DNA of 57,563 nucleotides from assembly GCA_031554275.1 (NCBI GenBank), contig JAVBKB010000018.1:1-57563 (forward strand), given 5' to 3'. Below, piece after piece: positions 1 through 9,189 of this stretch (position 1 is the stretch's first letter; each line of letters starts with the position of its first letter). A model generated the notes under the pieces. It worked only from the letters and a program-made list of their open reading frames with translations, was not told where the DNA came from and searched no databases. The position numbers were made by a program, and so were the translations under genes. Origin of the DNA: Bacillales bacterium (GTDB lineage Bacteria > Bacillota > Bacilli > JARBTR01).

Positions 1-1593
1 TGCATATAGACTAGTTGTTCCATCATCTGAAACATCGCTGCCATCTAAGACTACTGTTACTTTAAATGTCTCTGTTACAGGTCCATAACTATAATCAACA
101 TTATAGACTCCGATTGTTCCAGCTTTAATTGCTGCCCAATCTGCTGCTACCACTGTTGGTGCTGGATGCGATCCGTCTCCAATTGTTACGACTGCTTTGT
201 TTATTGCTGCTAAAGCGTTAGTGTCTGCTAGTAACTTGGCATCACTTGAAGTGACGACGACATCTTGTCCAGTAATAGTTGTCTGTGTTCCGTCATCTGT
301 GATGGTTACTACGACATCTTTGCTGACTGCACTTAACCCAGTTCCATACGTATACTGCAATGTTACGGTTCCTGGTACTGTTGCATTCTTTACAGCGTCA
401 TAATCTGCTGCTGGTAAATTCGGTAGTACCGTTGTTCCATCTCCAAGCGTTACTGCTGCACTAGTTGCTGTAATAAGCGCATTGGCATTTGCTAATGCAT
501 TGGCTGCTGTTAATGTCATTGTTGCATTTGTTGCATATAGACTAGTTGTTCCATCATCTGAAACATCGCTGCCATCTAAGACTACTGTAACTTTAAATGT
601 CTCTGTTACAGGTCCATAACTATAATCAACATTATAGACTCCGATTGTTCCAGCTTTAATTGCTGCCCAATCTGCTGCCACCACTGTTGGTGCTGGATTT
701 GATCCGTTACCAATTGTTACGACTGCTTTGTTTAATGCAGTTAAACTGTTTGTATCTGCTAGTAACTTGGCGTCACTTGACGTAATAACGACATCTTGAC
801 CAGTAATGGTTGTCTGCGTTCCGTCATCTGTAATGGTTACCACTACATCTTTACTGACTGCTCCTAGCCCAGTTCCATACGTATAGTGCAATGTTACGGT
901 TCCTGGTACTGTTGCATTCTTTACAGCATCATAATCTGCTGCTGGTAAATTCGGTAATGCCGTTGTTCCATCTCCAAACGTTACTGCTGCACTAGTTGCT
1001 GTAATGAGCGCATTGGCATTAACTAATGCATTTGCTGCTGTTAATGTCATTGTTGCATTTGTTGCATATAAACTTGTTGTTCCATCATCTGAAACGTCAC
1101 TGCCATCTGGAACTACTGTAACTTTAAACGTTGCTGACACTGGTCCATAACTATAATTAACATCATAGTTTCCGATTGTTCCGGCTTTTATCGCTGCCCA
1201 ACCTGTTGCTGCTACTGTTGGTGCTGGACTCGTGCCGTTCCCAATTGTTACCACCGCTTTGTTTATTGCAGTTAAAGCATTGGTATCTGCTAATAACTTG
1301 GCATCGCTTGATGTGATGACGGCATTTTGACCAGTAATAGTTGTCTGTGTTCCATCATCTGTAATGGTTACCACTACATCTTTACTGACTGCTCCTAGCC
1401 CAGTTCCATACGTATAGTGCAATGTTACGTTCCCTGGAACTGTTGCATTCTTTACAGCATCATAATCTGCTGCTGGTAAATTCGGTATTGCTGTTGTTCC
1501 ATCTCCTAACGTTACAGCTGCGCTTGTTGCTGTAATGAGCGCATTGGCATTTGCTAATGCATTTGCTGCTGTTAATGTCATTGTTGCGTTTGT
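1..1593. repeat. 531-bp (177-codon) in-frame tandem repeat, three near-identical copies (1-531, 532-1062, 1063-1593). More diverged modules extend to about 2135.
   Basis: The string tgcatata(g/a)ac recurs at 1, 532, 1063 and 1594, an exact 531-bp period. By eye the copies are identical at roughly nine of ten positions. Confidence 0.95.
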
Positions 1594-3900
1594 TGCATAT
1601 AAACTTGTTGTTCCATCATCTGAAATATCGCTGTCATCTGGCACTACTGTGATTTTGACAGATTTTTCTGCAAGACCAGTACCACTACCTACAGCATATT
1701 TAACTCCATAGTTTCCAAGTGTTCCACTAGTAAGTGCAGTCTGGTCTGCCGGGGCAATCGTAACAGTTGCCGTTGAAGCAGTTCCATTAACTGTTGCGGA
1801 AACCTTATTTGCTCCGCGTAAAGCCGTATCAGTTGTCAATGTCATTGCTGTTGTTTTTGTGACCACTGTACTCTGTGCAAATACACTATTTTTTTTGTTT
1901 CCTGAAATTACACTACCATCTGGAACTACATACGCTGTTACTGAGTGAGTTGCAGTCCCAGCTGTCAATACAACATTGTACTGACCTACGATTGGTAGAA
2001 CCGCACTATAATTTGGCGTTATTGCCACTGGTGTGCCAGTAGATATCTGCCATGCTGTTGCATTTGCATTAGCATTTACAATTGCAGGTGTCAAACCAGC
2101 AACCTCACTCACAGTTATCGTAAACGATTCTGCACTAATGGCATTGTCTCCAGTTACTGAATCTACAACGATTACATCAGCAACTTTTGTTGTAGTATTT
2201 AAATCACTATCAGTGACGCTGAAATTTATTTTCCAAGTTCCCAAGACATTATTATCAAATGTAGTTTCTCCGTTTGGTCCAGTTACCGTATAAGTAACAT
2301 TAGAGGTTATATCTCCATCCTTACGGTCAAATCCATATACGCCAGCATTCAGGGTAATTGCAGCGCCTTTATTAATTATTCTATTTGGTGCATAGATATA
2401 TGGTTTGTTTGGATCAACTGATTCCCCAGTTGCTGTAACGGCTACTAGCTTTGTTACAGTGGTTGTAGCTGGTTTTCCATCAACATCTGTTACTGAAAAA
2501 ATCACTGGGTAAATACCAGGAGTATTCTTATCTACACTACTGCTATTAGCAGTAATTCTCGATGTCACATCTGCATCTTCTCTATCAGTAGCACTGATTC
2601 CTGCTAGTGCTACATAGTTTGGTGATGCTGTCCCCTTTTCAAAAGCAAAGTTGCTCCCACCTGTTCCCCATGTTGGGGCATCGTTCGCAGTTGCCACATC
2701 TGATGATTTAAACACATCAGGTATCCCAATTGATGAAGTGATTTGTGTGGTCCAGTTAATTTTCTGAGAACTACTTGCATCAGTAAATACTGGCGATCCC
2801 TGTGATACTGGAATATCGTATTCTATTGTAAAAGGTGTGTTTCCTACTAATGTTATAGCCATGTCTGCCGTGTACGAAGCTGGTGAATTATTAATCTTGA
2901 AATTTGTTATACCAGCTGCATTTAGATTAGTTGCACTTAGTAACTTATACTTTGCAATTGACGTTCCAGCAGTTGCTGAATTGTTTTGTATTACTTCCTT
3001 CACATGTAGTGTTTCATTTTTGTGAGCTGGATTTGCATTAGATACCAAAGTGGTTTTGTCTGCATGATAAATTGTTTGTGTATTACTTACATCATAGTTA
3101 TCCAATGCAAACTTCAAGAATTTCGCATAGAAGTTTCCAGCTGCACTGGATCCAGTTGCTCCTGTATAACCAAAGTAAGTTTCTTGATCTGTTCCGAATA
3201 GTAAATCCAAATCTGCTTGTGAATATGTTGCAGTTATGTCTGGCATTCCTCCAGCTTTTATTGTAAGCGTGCCAGTTGTAGCGTTCCATTTAACAATAAC
3301 GCTGATTGGATTTATAAGCGAACTAGAAGGAATCGCTGTATTTGCTTCCACCCTAGTTCTTGGATTTTTCACGGCATTATTGGGATACCTGTCTCCAACT
3401 AACGTTACAATATCCAATTCTTTACTAAAACTATCACCATAATCATTATAACCATTATTATAAGTATCAAACTCTACAACAATCATATTTGTTGCCGTAC
3501 CACCGTAAACATTCAGTCCCCCACCAGAGTCGGCATTCCTTGTGTTTGATTGTGGTTGGAACACCATTGCTATCCCATCTGCTGCGGTTGTATTTCCTCC
3601 CAAGAGCATTTCACTCTCGATCGTAAAGGACTCTTTGAAACTAATTTTATTTTTAGTCCAAATCGCACCTCTCTGCCAGTCTAAATTCGGTACAATGTTA
3701 ACGGTATTTCCGGTTACTGTTGAGTTCGATCCTGGCGGAGGTGTATTAAAAAACGTGGATAAGTCTCCCACATTTGATGATGATGCTTCCGCAGTTTCGC
3801 TGAATTTATATGAGGCGAATAAACCAGGTATCACCAACATTACAGCTAGTAATACCTTCATAGATCTACTGATTCTTCTTTTTAAGTATTTTTTCGTCAC
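1..3900 (-). CDS. Large secreted surface protein/adhesin, 3'-partial (continues beyond window start). Architecture: signal peptide, L-type (legume-like) lectin domain, Ig-like beta-sandwich modules, tandem 177-aa repeats.
   Basis: My translation of the minus strand in the frame ending at nt 1 found no stop in the long stretches I translated, about nt 1-700 and 1060-3900; nt ~700-1060, inside repeat copy 2, was not translated. It is absent from the ORF track because no stop lies in the window. GTG start at 3900 (alternative ATG at 3861) follows GGAG. N-terminus reads VTKKYLKRRISRSMKVLLAVMLVIPGLFASYKFSETAEA. Lectin-like motifs: ADGIAMVF, VVEFDTYNN, GYTGATGSS. Confidence 0.8.
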   Translation of the reverse strand, partial: MTKKYLKRRISRSMKVLLAVMLVIPGLFASYKFSETAEASSSNVGDLSTFFNTPPPGSNSTVTGNTVNIVPNLDWQRGAIWTKNKISFKESFTIESEMLLGGNTTAADGIAMVFQPQSNTRNADSGGGLNVYGGTATNMIVVEFDTYNNGYNDYGDSFSKELDIVTLVGDRYPNNAVKNPRTRVEANTAIPSSSLINPISVIVKWNATTGTLTIKAGGMPDITATYSQADLDLLFGTDQETYFGYTGATGSSAAGNFYAKFLKFALDNYDVSNTQTIYHADKTTLVSNANPAHKNETLHVKEVIQNNSATAGTSIAKYKLLSATNLNAAGITNFKINNSPASYTADMAITLVGNTPFTIEYDIPVSQGSPVFTDASSSQKINWTTQITSSIGIPDVFKSSDVATANDAPTWGTGGSNFAFEKGTASPNYVALAGISATDREDADVTSRITANSSSVDKNTPGIYPVIFSVTDVDGKPATTTVTKLVAVTATGESVDPNKPYIYAPNRIINKGAAITLNAGVYGFDRKDGDITSNVTYTVTGPNGETTFDNNVLGTWKINFSVTDSDLNTTTKVADVIVVDSVTGDNAISAESFTITVSEVAGLTPAIVNANANATAWQISTGTPVAITPNYSAVLPIVGQYNVVLTAGTATHSVTAYVVPDGSVISGNKKNSVFAQSTVVTKTTAMTLTTDTALRGANKVSATVNGTASTATVTIAPADQTALTSGTLGNYGVKYAVGSGTGLAEKSVKITVVPDDSDISDDGTTSLYATNATMTLTAANALANANALITATSAAVTLGDGTTAIPNLPAADYDAVKNATVPGNVTLHYTYGTGLGAVSKDVVVTITDDGTQTTITGQNAVITSSDAKLLADTNALTAINKAVVTIGNGTSPAPTVAATGWAAIKAGTIGNYDVNYSYGPVSATFKVTVVPDGSDVSDDGTTSLYATNATMTLTAANALVNANALITATSAAVTFGDGTTALPNLPAADYDAVKNATVPGTVTLHYTYGTGLGAVSKDVVVTITDDGTQTTITGQDVVITSSDAKLLADTNSLTALNKAVVTIGNGSNPAPTVVAADWAAIKAGTIGVYNVDYSYGPVTETFKVTVVLDGSDVSDDGTTSLYATNATMTLTAANALANANALITATSAAVTLGDGTTVLPNLPAADYDAVKNATVPGTVTLQYTYGTGLSAVSKDVVVTITDDGTQTTITGQDVVVTSSDAKLLADTNALAAINKAVVTIGDGSHPAPTVVAADWAAIKAGTIGVYNVDYSYGPVTETFKVTVVLDGSDVSDDGTTSLYA

Positions 3901-4389
3901 TAATCTCCACTCCCTTTTTTTCAATAATTTTCGTTAAACAATAATTCCCCCCTTCATTCGATTAAATACAACGGAATAATTTGACAATATATCTTTACTA
4001 TTCTATTAAGTATTATTTAACATAATATCACTATAAAGTTCGGTCAAACAATAGATAACTGTCGGTTTTTGCGATTTGTCACAAAATCGTCACAATTATA
4101 CCGACACTTTTTTTATTTTCTTGCATCAAAAACTCTTAAACTTTGATTTTTCACTCAAAATCAATCGAAAAACACTAGATTATTCGCTTTACAAATGAAA
4201 AAACAACCCATTTTGCCATTAAATCGCAAAAAAGGTTGCTTAACTTTCTATATTATATCATAAAAGCTGTTAATCTATTCGTTTTGATCGAAAGAGGCAT
4301 TTGTAACGAATTTTGTTAATTATTTTCTTTTCGCAGGATGCTTACCATGTCACGACTTGTTTCACGCTCTATCACAAGATTCCCTTGAA

Positions 4390-6003
4390 TCAGTTTCTAC
4401 GAAATCTAAATCGATGTAGGATTGTGTCTACTTTAGCACCAAACGTCATTGTTAGTAAGCCGCTACGGTGTGCCAAAGCAGTGTAGACCACCGCGCCAAT
4501 CGGGACACAGACAAGGATCGTAATAATAGCTTCGGCACGCGTTAGGTTGGCTGATAGCCAGAATGAAAGCAACCACTTTAGCACCAATACTACACCCGTC
4601 ATCACTACTGCCATTAAGCTAATTAATAGTCCTCGGCGCAGGATCTTAGCGAATCTATACTTGGCATGCCTAGCGATCATCACCATATTTAATGCAGCAA
4701 TCGTTGTATAACCTAGTCCTGATGCTACAAGGACACCAATTGGCCCGATTAGTCTAATGAGAATTAAATTCCCTATTAGTTTAACAACAAATCCTATTAG
4801 AATGCTTTTGATTGAAAAGCGTTGTAGATTGATGCTTTGCAGAATTGCCGCTGATACAGTAGCAAGTGCAAATAGAATGATGATGAGTGCATAAATACTT
4901 AATATTTTCGTTCCCATCGGATCATTCACGTAGAATGCAGTGTAGAAAGCTTCCGATAATGCAGACAAGCCAAGGGAGGCCGGAATGAGCAGAACCATCA
5001 CTAGCATGAAAACTTCATCTAATTGCTTCACAAACAATTTCCGATCACCTAAAGTATGTGAGCGAGAAATGTTTGGAATAATGGACATCTGCAGTCCCGT
5101 TGCAAGAGTTAAAGGAATCATGATGAGCTGGTGCGTAGAATAATTAAGAATACCTAAAGTGGCATCAGACCCGCTCCCCTGCCCAATTGACGCCATAATT
5201 TTGTTAAAAGTAACGTTATCAATCAGTTGGAAAATCGGCAAAGTGAGTGCTACAAGAATAAATGGAATTGATGTGATTGCTACCTCTTTTATCATTTTTC
5301 CAATAGGCTCATGAAGTGTGCCTTTATCATTCGCCAGTAGAGCAGCGAAATCATTTCGTTGGCGATGCCAGAAAATATAAAGCACAGCTAATCCTGCTAG
5401 AGCGCCTACAAAAGCGGCAGCAGTCGCGATTCCAATTCCCGCCACAATGCCTTTCTGCAATTTAACGACAACAATGTACACACCTGTTATCAGGAAAACA
5501 ATACGCGCGACCTGCTCAATTACCTGTGAAAATGAGGTTGGTAACATTTGTCCGTACCCTTGAAAATATCCTCTAAATAACGAAAGGGATGGGATGATCA
5601 ATAGTGCGACACTGACGACCCGAATAACAAAGGTTATTTCTTCAATCGTAAATTGATTCGAATGATAAGATTTTGCAATCAGCGGTGCGAAGACGTTTAA
5701 CAAAATGCAGGCAATCACACCAAAAGCCACCATCATAACTTGTCCATAATTGAATAACCGCTGACTCATTGCATATTCTTCAAGAGCATTGTATTTAGCG
5801 GTCAACTTGGCAACCGCTAATGGGATACCAGCGGTTGAAAGACTAATAAAAATTACATATGGATTATAGGAATACAAATAGAGCGCCTGCCCAGACTTCC
5901 CAACCATATGGTAAAAAGGGATGACGTAAATAAGACCGATCATCCTTGAAAATATTGAACCTGCAGCTAAGACAAATGTTCCCTTTATAAGTTTAGATTC
6001 CAT
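4390..6003 (-). CDS. MOP-superfamily polysaccharide/lipid-linked oligosaccharide flippase (YtgP/MurJ/SpoVB-like)
   Basis: 537-aa polytopic membrane protein. N-terminus GTFVLAAGSIFSRMIGLIYVIPF is typical of the polysaccharide-biosynthesis/MurJ-like family. Confidence 0.75.
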   Translation of the reverse strand: MESKLIKGTFVLAAGSIFSRMIGLIYVIPFYHMVGKSGQALYLYSYNPYVIFISLSTAGIPLAVAKLTAKYNALEEYAMSQRLFNYGQVMMVAFGVIACILLNVFAPLIAKSYHSNQFTIEEITFVIRVVSVALLIIPSLSLFRGYFQGYGQMLPTSFSQVIEQVARIVFLITGVYIVVVKLQKGIVAGIGIATAAAFVGALAGLAVLYIFWHRQRNDFAALLANDKGTLHEPIGKMIKEVAITSIPFILVALTLPIFQLIDNVTFNKIMASIGQGSGSDATLGILNYSTHQLIMIPLTLATGLQMSIIPNISRSHTLGDRKLFVKQLDEVFMLVMVLLIPASLGLSALSEAFYTAFYVNDPMGTKILSIYALIIILFALATVSAAILQSINLQRFSIKSILIGFVVKLIGNLILIRLIGPIGVLVASGLGYTTIAALNMVMIARHAKYRFAKILRRGLLISLMAVVMTGVVLVLKWLLSFWLSANLTRAEAIITILVCVPIGAVVYTALAHRSGLLTMTFGAKVDTILHRFRFRRN

Positions 6004-6316
6004 TCCAATATCCTTTTTTACAGCTATTGTTGTATTTCAATTGTGTCAATGTTTTTCGTCAATCCCACGTAGGTAGTCTCAAGTTCAACATCGCGGGAGC
6101 TAGTTGACATCAAATTCTCCAATATTGACTTGTGTTGCAAAGAATTTCTTAACATTTGATTATTAAAAGTTTACTCTTTTCTTTACAGTTTTACAATTGC
6201 TTTTAGAAATTGACAAGAATCTGCTCATGTATTTTGCAGATGGGGTGCGTTTATTTGATGCAATAAATCTGTTCATAAAGAGAACAAGATTGCCGAAAAG
6301 TTCTGTAATTACCGCC

Positions 6317-6346
6317 AAAAAAAAGACATCTGACGAATCAGAGGTC
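6317..6346 (-). terminator. Rho-independent terminator after the DUF3048 gene
   Basis: Minus strand reads GACCTCTGA-TTCG-TCAGATGTC followed by T8. Confidence 0.6.
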
Positions 6347-6369
6347 CCACTGAAATTAAAATATAGAAT

Positions 6370-7413
6370 TTAAAAAGCAACCAGCCCTGCTATTCCAGGC
6401 GTTGTGGGAATCACATTCACCCATGTCTTCCCTGGGACGAGCTTAGCCTCTTGCCCACCAATCATTGGTGTTATCTTTCCATTCACATTTTGCCATTCAA
6501 TTGGTTTTGCGATGCCTCTTTGCAACAGATAACCCTTGCCGCCTGTTTCTAAGTTGATCTGGCGAAGTATCGGAAATTCTCGATCATTTGTGTGAATCAT
6601 CTCTAGAATCAAGATATTATCTAGTTGGATGACCGTACCGCTTCCTTTTTCGGCAGTGATAGTGCCTTTAACACTTCGGGTATACTTCTTTGTCACTGGG
6701 TCATAAGTGTAAGTTGGCGAGAAATTTTTATCCTTAAGATCAATTGTTGTTGTGATAGCTGGAGTCCCTTGCAAAACATCCGCTTCTGCTGAAGTCATAA
6801 ATTGATAAGCAGGCGGCGAGCCTTCGAGTGATGCGCCTACAAGTGTCGCTCCGGCTTTAATATTCTCGAATGTGATGTAAGAGTTATGCGGTGCTACACG
6901 GTCTTTAGACCGTTTGAACAGATTCCCGTCATATGCCATCCCATTTATGTTTTCAATAAAACCATTTTGTAGCATCTTTTCGGCTGGCGGACTGTATCCA
7001 TGCGCTACATAGAATGCGCCCATTCCTTTTGCAGTTCGAAGAAAGTATTCTCGGGCACTGCGAACAGGACCGATATTCTCAGGTTGTTCACTTTGGAATA
7101 TCGCCAAAAACCTTGTAATATTGCTCTCAGCATAGAATTCGAAAACAATGTCTGCCTGCGACAAACCTGATTGTGGCCTTGCCTCTGGAGCGTTGCTTAT
7201 CGTAACTGCAACTGCGCGCTGCTTTGACTCAGTTGCTAGGGTTACCCCAGTCAATGGGTAATTATATTTGGGTGGTTCGGGCGTCTTTACCTCTGAAATT
7301 GGCGTTTTTTCTTGACTAGTCTCTTTGGGTTTCTCTTCTGGTTTATTCCCACAAGCGGTCAATATTCCAATGACCATACAAATGCTTATCAATAAATAGA
7401 ATTGTTTACGCAT
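6370..7413 (-). CDS. DUF3048-family lipoprotein (YerB-like)
   Basis: Lipobox ILTAC after a signal sequence. Motifs ARPQSGLSQADIVFEF and GPVRSAREY match my recollection of DUF3048. RBS is GGGGGAG. Confidence 0.7.
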   Translation of the reverse strand: MRKQFYLLISICMVIGILTACGNKPEEKPKETSQEKTPISEVKTPEPPKYNYPLTGVTLATESKQRAVAVTISNAPEARPQSGLSQADIVFEFYAESNITRFLAIFQSEQPENIGPVRSAREYFLRTAKGMGAFYVAHGYSPPAEKMLQNGFIENINGMAYDGNLFKRSKDRVAPHNSYITFENIKAGATLVGASLEGSPPAYQFMTSAEADVLQGTPAITTTIDLKDKNFSPTYTYDPVTKKYTRSVKGTITAEKGSGTVIQLDNILILEMIHTNDREFPILRQINLETGGKGYLLQRGIAKPIEWQNVNGKITPMIGGQEAKLVPGKTWVNVIPTTPGIAGLVAF

Positions 7414-7441
7414 GCGTTTTCTCCCCCTTTATTGAGATAAA

Positions 7442-8035
7442 TCATTCAGCAATCCGGCAAAACGATTCATAATGATCATCCGTATAATACACCGTGCCAT
7501 CAGTTCCCCTTACAAACCTTTCTGCATCTCGATTTTGATTTTTCTTTTTATCATTAACATCATATTCACGATATGTGATTTTTTTCTTCTGTTGATCTGA
7601 CTTCGGCAATATACCCTCTCGATTTGTGAATTCCCCCCCTGCCTTCGTTCCTTCTGGTTGATCATCTCTCTTACCAGACCAGTTATCATCATGATACAAC
7701 TGGTAAGACTCTTGGACATTGTCTGGTAATTCGGACAACTTTGTTGTTAAGATGTCGTCATTTGAGGGTGTCTGGTCTGAAGTTGGTGTTTTACCTGAGT
7801 CATTGTTCGTTTTGCCTGAGTCATTGCTCGTTTTGCCTGAGTCATTGCTCGTTTTGTTTGAGTCATTGCTTGTATTTCCTGGAAGTTTTTCACTACTATC
7901 TTGACCTGAGGTCTGTACTTGTGTTTCCTTATTGGCGTCAGACTTTAACCAGCCACTGTCTGAAACAAGCCATCCAGTGATAAATCCAGTTAATAGCAGT
8001 GAAAGTGCTATTGCAATTTTGGTGCTTTTCTTCAT
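7442..8035 (-). CDS. Secreted or membrane-anchored barnase-family (N1/T1/microbial) ribonuclease with a Ser/Asn/Thr-rich repeat linker
   Basis: C-terminal GGEFTNREGILP...YREYDV...NRDAERF...YYTDDHYESFCRI aligns with barnase GGDIFSNREGKLP...WREADI...FRNSDRI...YKTTDHYQTFTKI. The N-terminus has a hydrophobic signal/anchor. Confidence 0.8.
   Translation of the reverse strand: MKKSTKIAIALSLLLTGFITGWLVSDSGWLKSDANKETQVQTSGQDSSEKLPGNTSNDSNKTSNDSGKTSNDSGKTNNDSGKTPTSDQTPSNDDILTTKLSELPDNVQESYQLYHDDNWSGKRDDQPEGTKAGGEFTNREGILPKSDQQKKKITYREYDVNDKKKNQNRDAERFVRGTDGTVYYTDDHYESFCRIAE
7794..7877. repeat. 21-bp tandem repeat x4 inside the RNase gene, encoding (S/N)NDS(N/G)KT heptads
   Basis: Units cctgagtcattg(t/c)tcgttttg at 7794, 7815 and 7836, plus a degenerate copy at 7857. 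Confidence 0.9.
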
Positions 8036-8159
8036 TTAGAAACCTCTAATCTGTGAAATTAATTTATTTTAACACATTTTGCCTTTGAAGAAGAATCAAA
8101 GCGCTAACCGCTGTGAAAACTGTTGGCTTTGATCTATCTCTTGATTTTTTTACAACATG

Positions 8160-8645
8160 CTATATTTGGACATATATTGGCTTATGCTCTACCTTTTCAA
8201 GAACTTTGATAAAATCTTGGAAAGCGATCATCAGCGTTGTTGTATTAATATTTGGATGAAACCCTACCGTGTCATCGTGATCAACGCTTTCATCAATCAC
8301 AACCTGTATTCGTTTCTGCTTATCGAAAGTAAGCGCAAACGGTGTCACAGAACCAGCAGGTACACCCATTAGCGCATCCAATTCCTCTTCTGAGGCAAAA
8401 GATAGGCGTCCTGAATCAAGCTGCGTAGCAATCAGCTTCAAATCTGCTGCCTTTTCATCTGGAAGAATCACTAAATAGTATTCCTTCCCTTTCTTAGTTT
8501 TGAGCAATAGATTCTTCACCTGTGGACCTGGCAAATCTGCGTTGTATGAGCGAACCGAGTAAATCGCTTCATGGTCCACTCGTTGATAGTTAATCCGTAG
8601 CTCCTCCAAAATCGTATATGCCTGTTCCTCTGTTGGTTTCTCCAT
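8160..8645 (-). CDS. YbaK/ProX-type aminoacyl-tRNA deacylase domain protein
   Basis: 161 aa. Its size and motifs (KNLLLKTKKG, GVPAGSVTPFAL) are typical of the prolyl-tRNA-synthetase-associated editing domain. Confidence 0.65.
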   Translation of the reverse strand: MEKPTEEQAYTILEELRINYQRVDHEAIYSVRSYNADLPGPQVKNLLLKTKKGKEYYLVILPDEKAADLKLIATQLDSGRLSFASEEELDALMGVPAGSVTPFALTFDKQKRIQVVIDESVDHDDTVGFHPNINTTTLMIAFQDFIKVLEKVEHKPIYVQI

Positions 8646-9189
8646 TTACAACATCCTCTGTATCTTTTTTAAAAGGATTATACCAAAATTGTCTAAACAA
8701 AAACTACCCTTTATCCAGCACTTGTCTGAACCGCATCAAAATATAAAGTAAAAGTCATGAGAATTTTTATTGGATTGAAAAAACTGGCGAGAGTGGATTT
8801 TATTTCTGCTTTTATTTCAGTTTCTTGTTTCTTAAATTACTTATAATCTTTACTGCTCTTTCTATTTTGTGTTGCAAGTTGTGCTACCGACCAAATTAGC
8901 ATACTTAAAATGCTAAACTTGGCGTTAGAGAAGATTCAGTAGAACATGCAGATGCGTATAAAGACTGGGATATAATTTTTGCATAGCTGAACAGCTTCGC
9001 CGAAAACGAACTTTTAAACACAAAATGTGGGCATCCTTGGAGTGAAACGCTCCTTGGATACCCCCGTATATAACACATTTTTTTATCAGTTTACTTATTG
9101 TCTAGGATTTGCATAGCTTTCTCGAATAAGATTTGCACCGCTGTTTTGACAAACCCGGAAAATTTTGTTTTTCAAGTCGTGTATCCATA

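Noticed and set aside
197-3937. Plus-strand ORFs in the track (197-403, 2033-2293, 2837-3025, 3072-3266, 3236-3442, 3542-3937) and the minus-strand ORF 3098-3289
   Set aside because: All lie antisense to, or out of frame with, the continuous 1300-codon adhesin frame. Their products are low-complexity and lack RBSs.
4068-4231. Inverted copies TTTTGCGATTT / AAATCGCAAAA 150 bp apart, and a GTCACAA direct repeat, upstream of the adhesin gene
   Set aside because: These are short matches in AT-rich promoter DNA. They may be regulatory, but nothing supports a specific call.
8757-8846. 29-codon ORF (MRIFIGLKKLARVDF...) in the long gap upstream of the ybaK-like gene
   Set aside because: It has no RBS and an arbitrary hydrophobic composition. 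I cannot support it as a gene.
9031-9065. Hairpin GGGCATCC-TTGGAG...CTCCTT-GGATACCC downstream of the protease-LRR gene
   Set aside because: It may be a terminator or a structured element, but no adjacent T-run exists on the relevant strand and the stem has mismatches. That is too weak to call.
6004-9189. Search for a barstar-like immunity ORF next to the barnase-type RNase
   Set aside because: No ORF of about 90 aa with acidic barstar-like character exists here. ORFs 7510-7719, 7719-7904, 7741-7980 and 8157-8372 overlap real genes or are repeat-generated.
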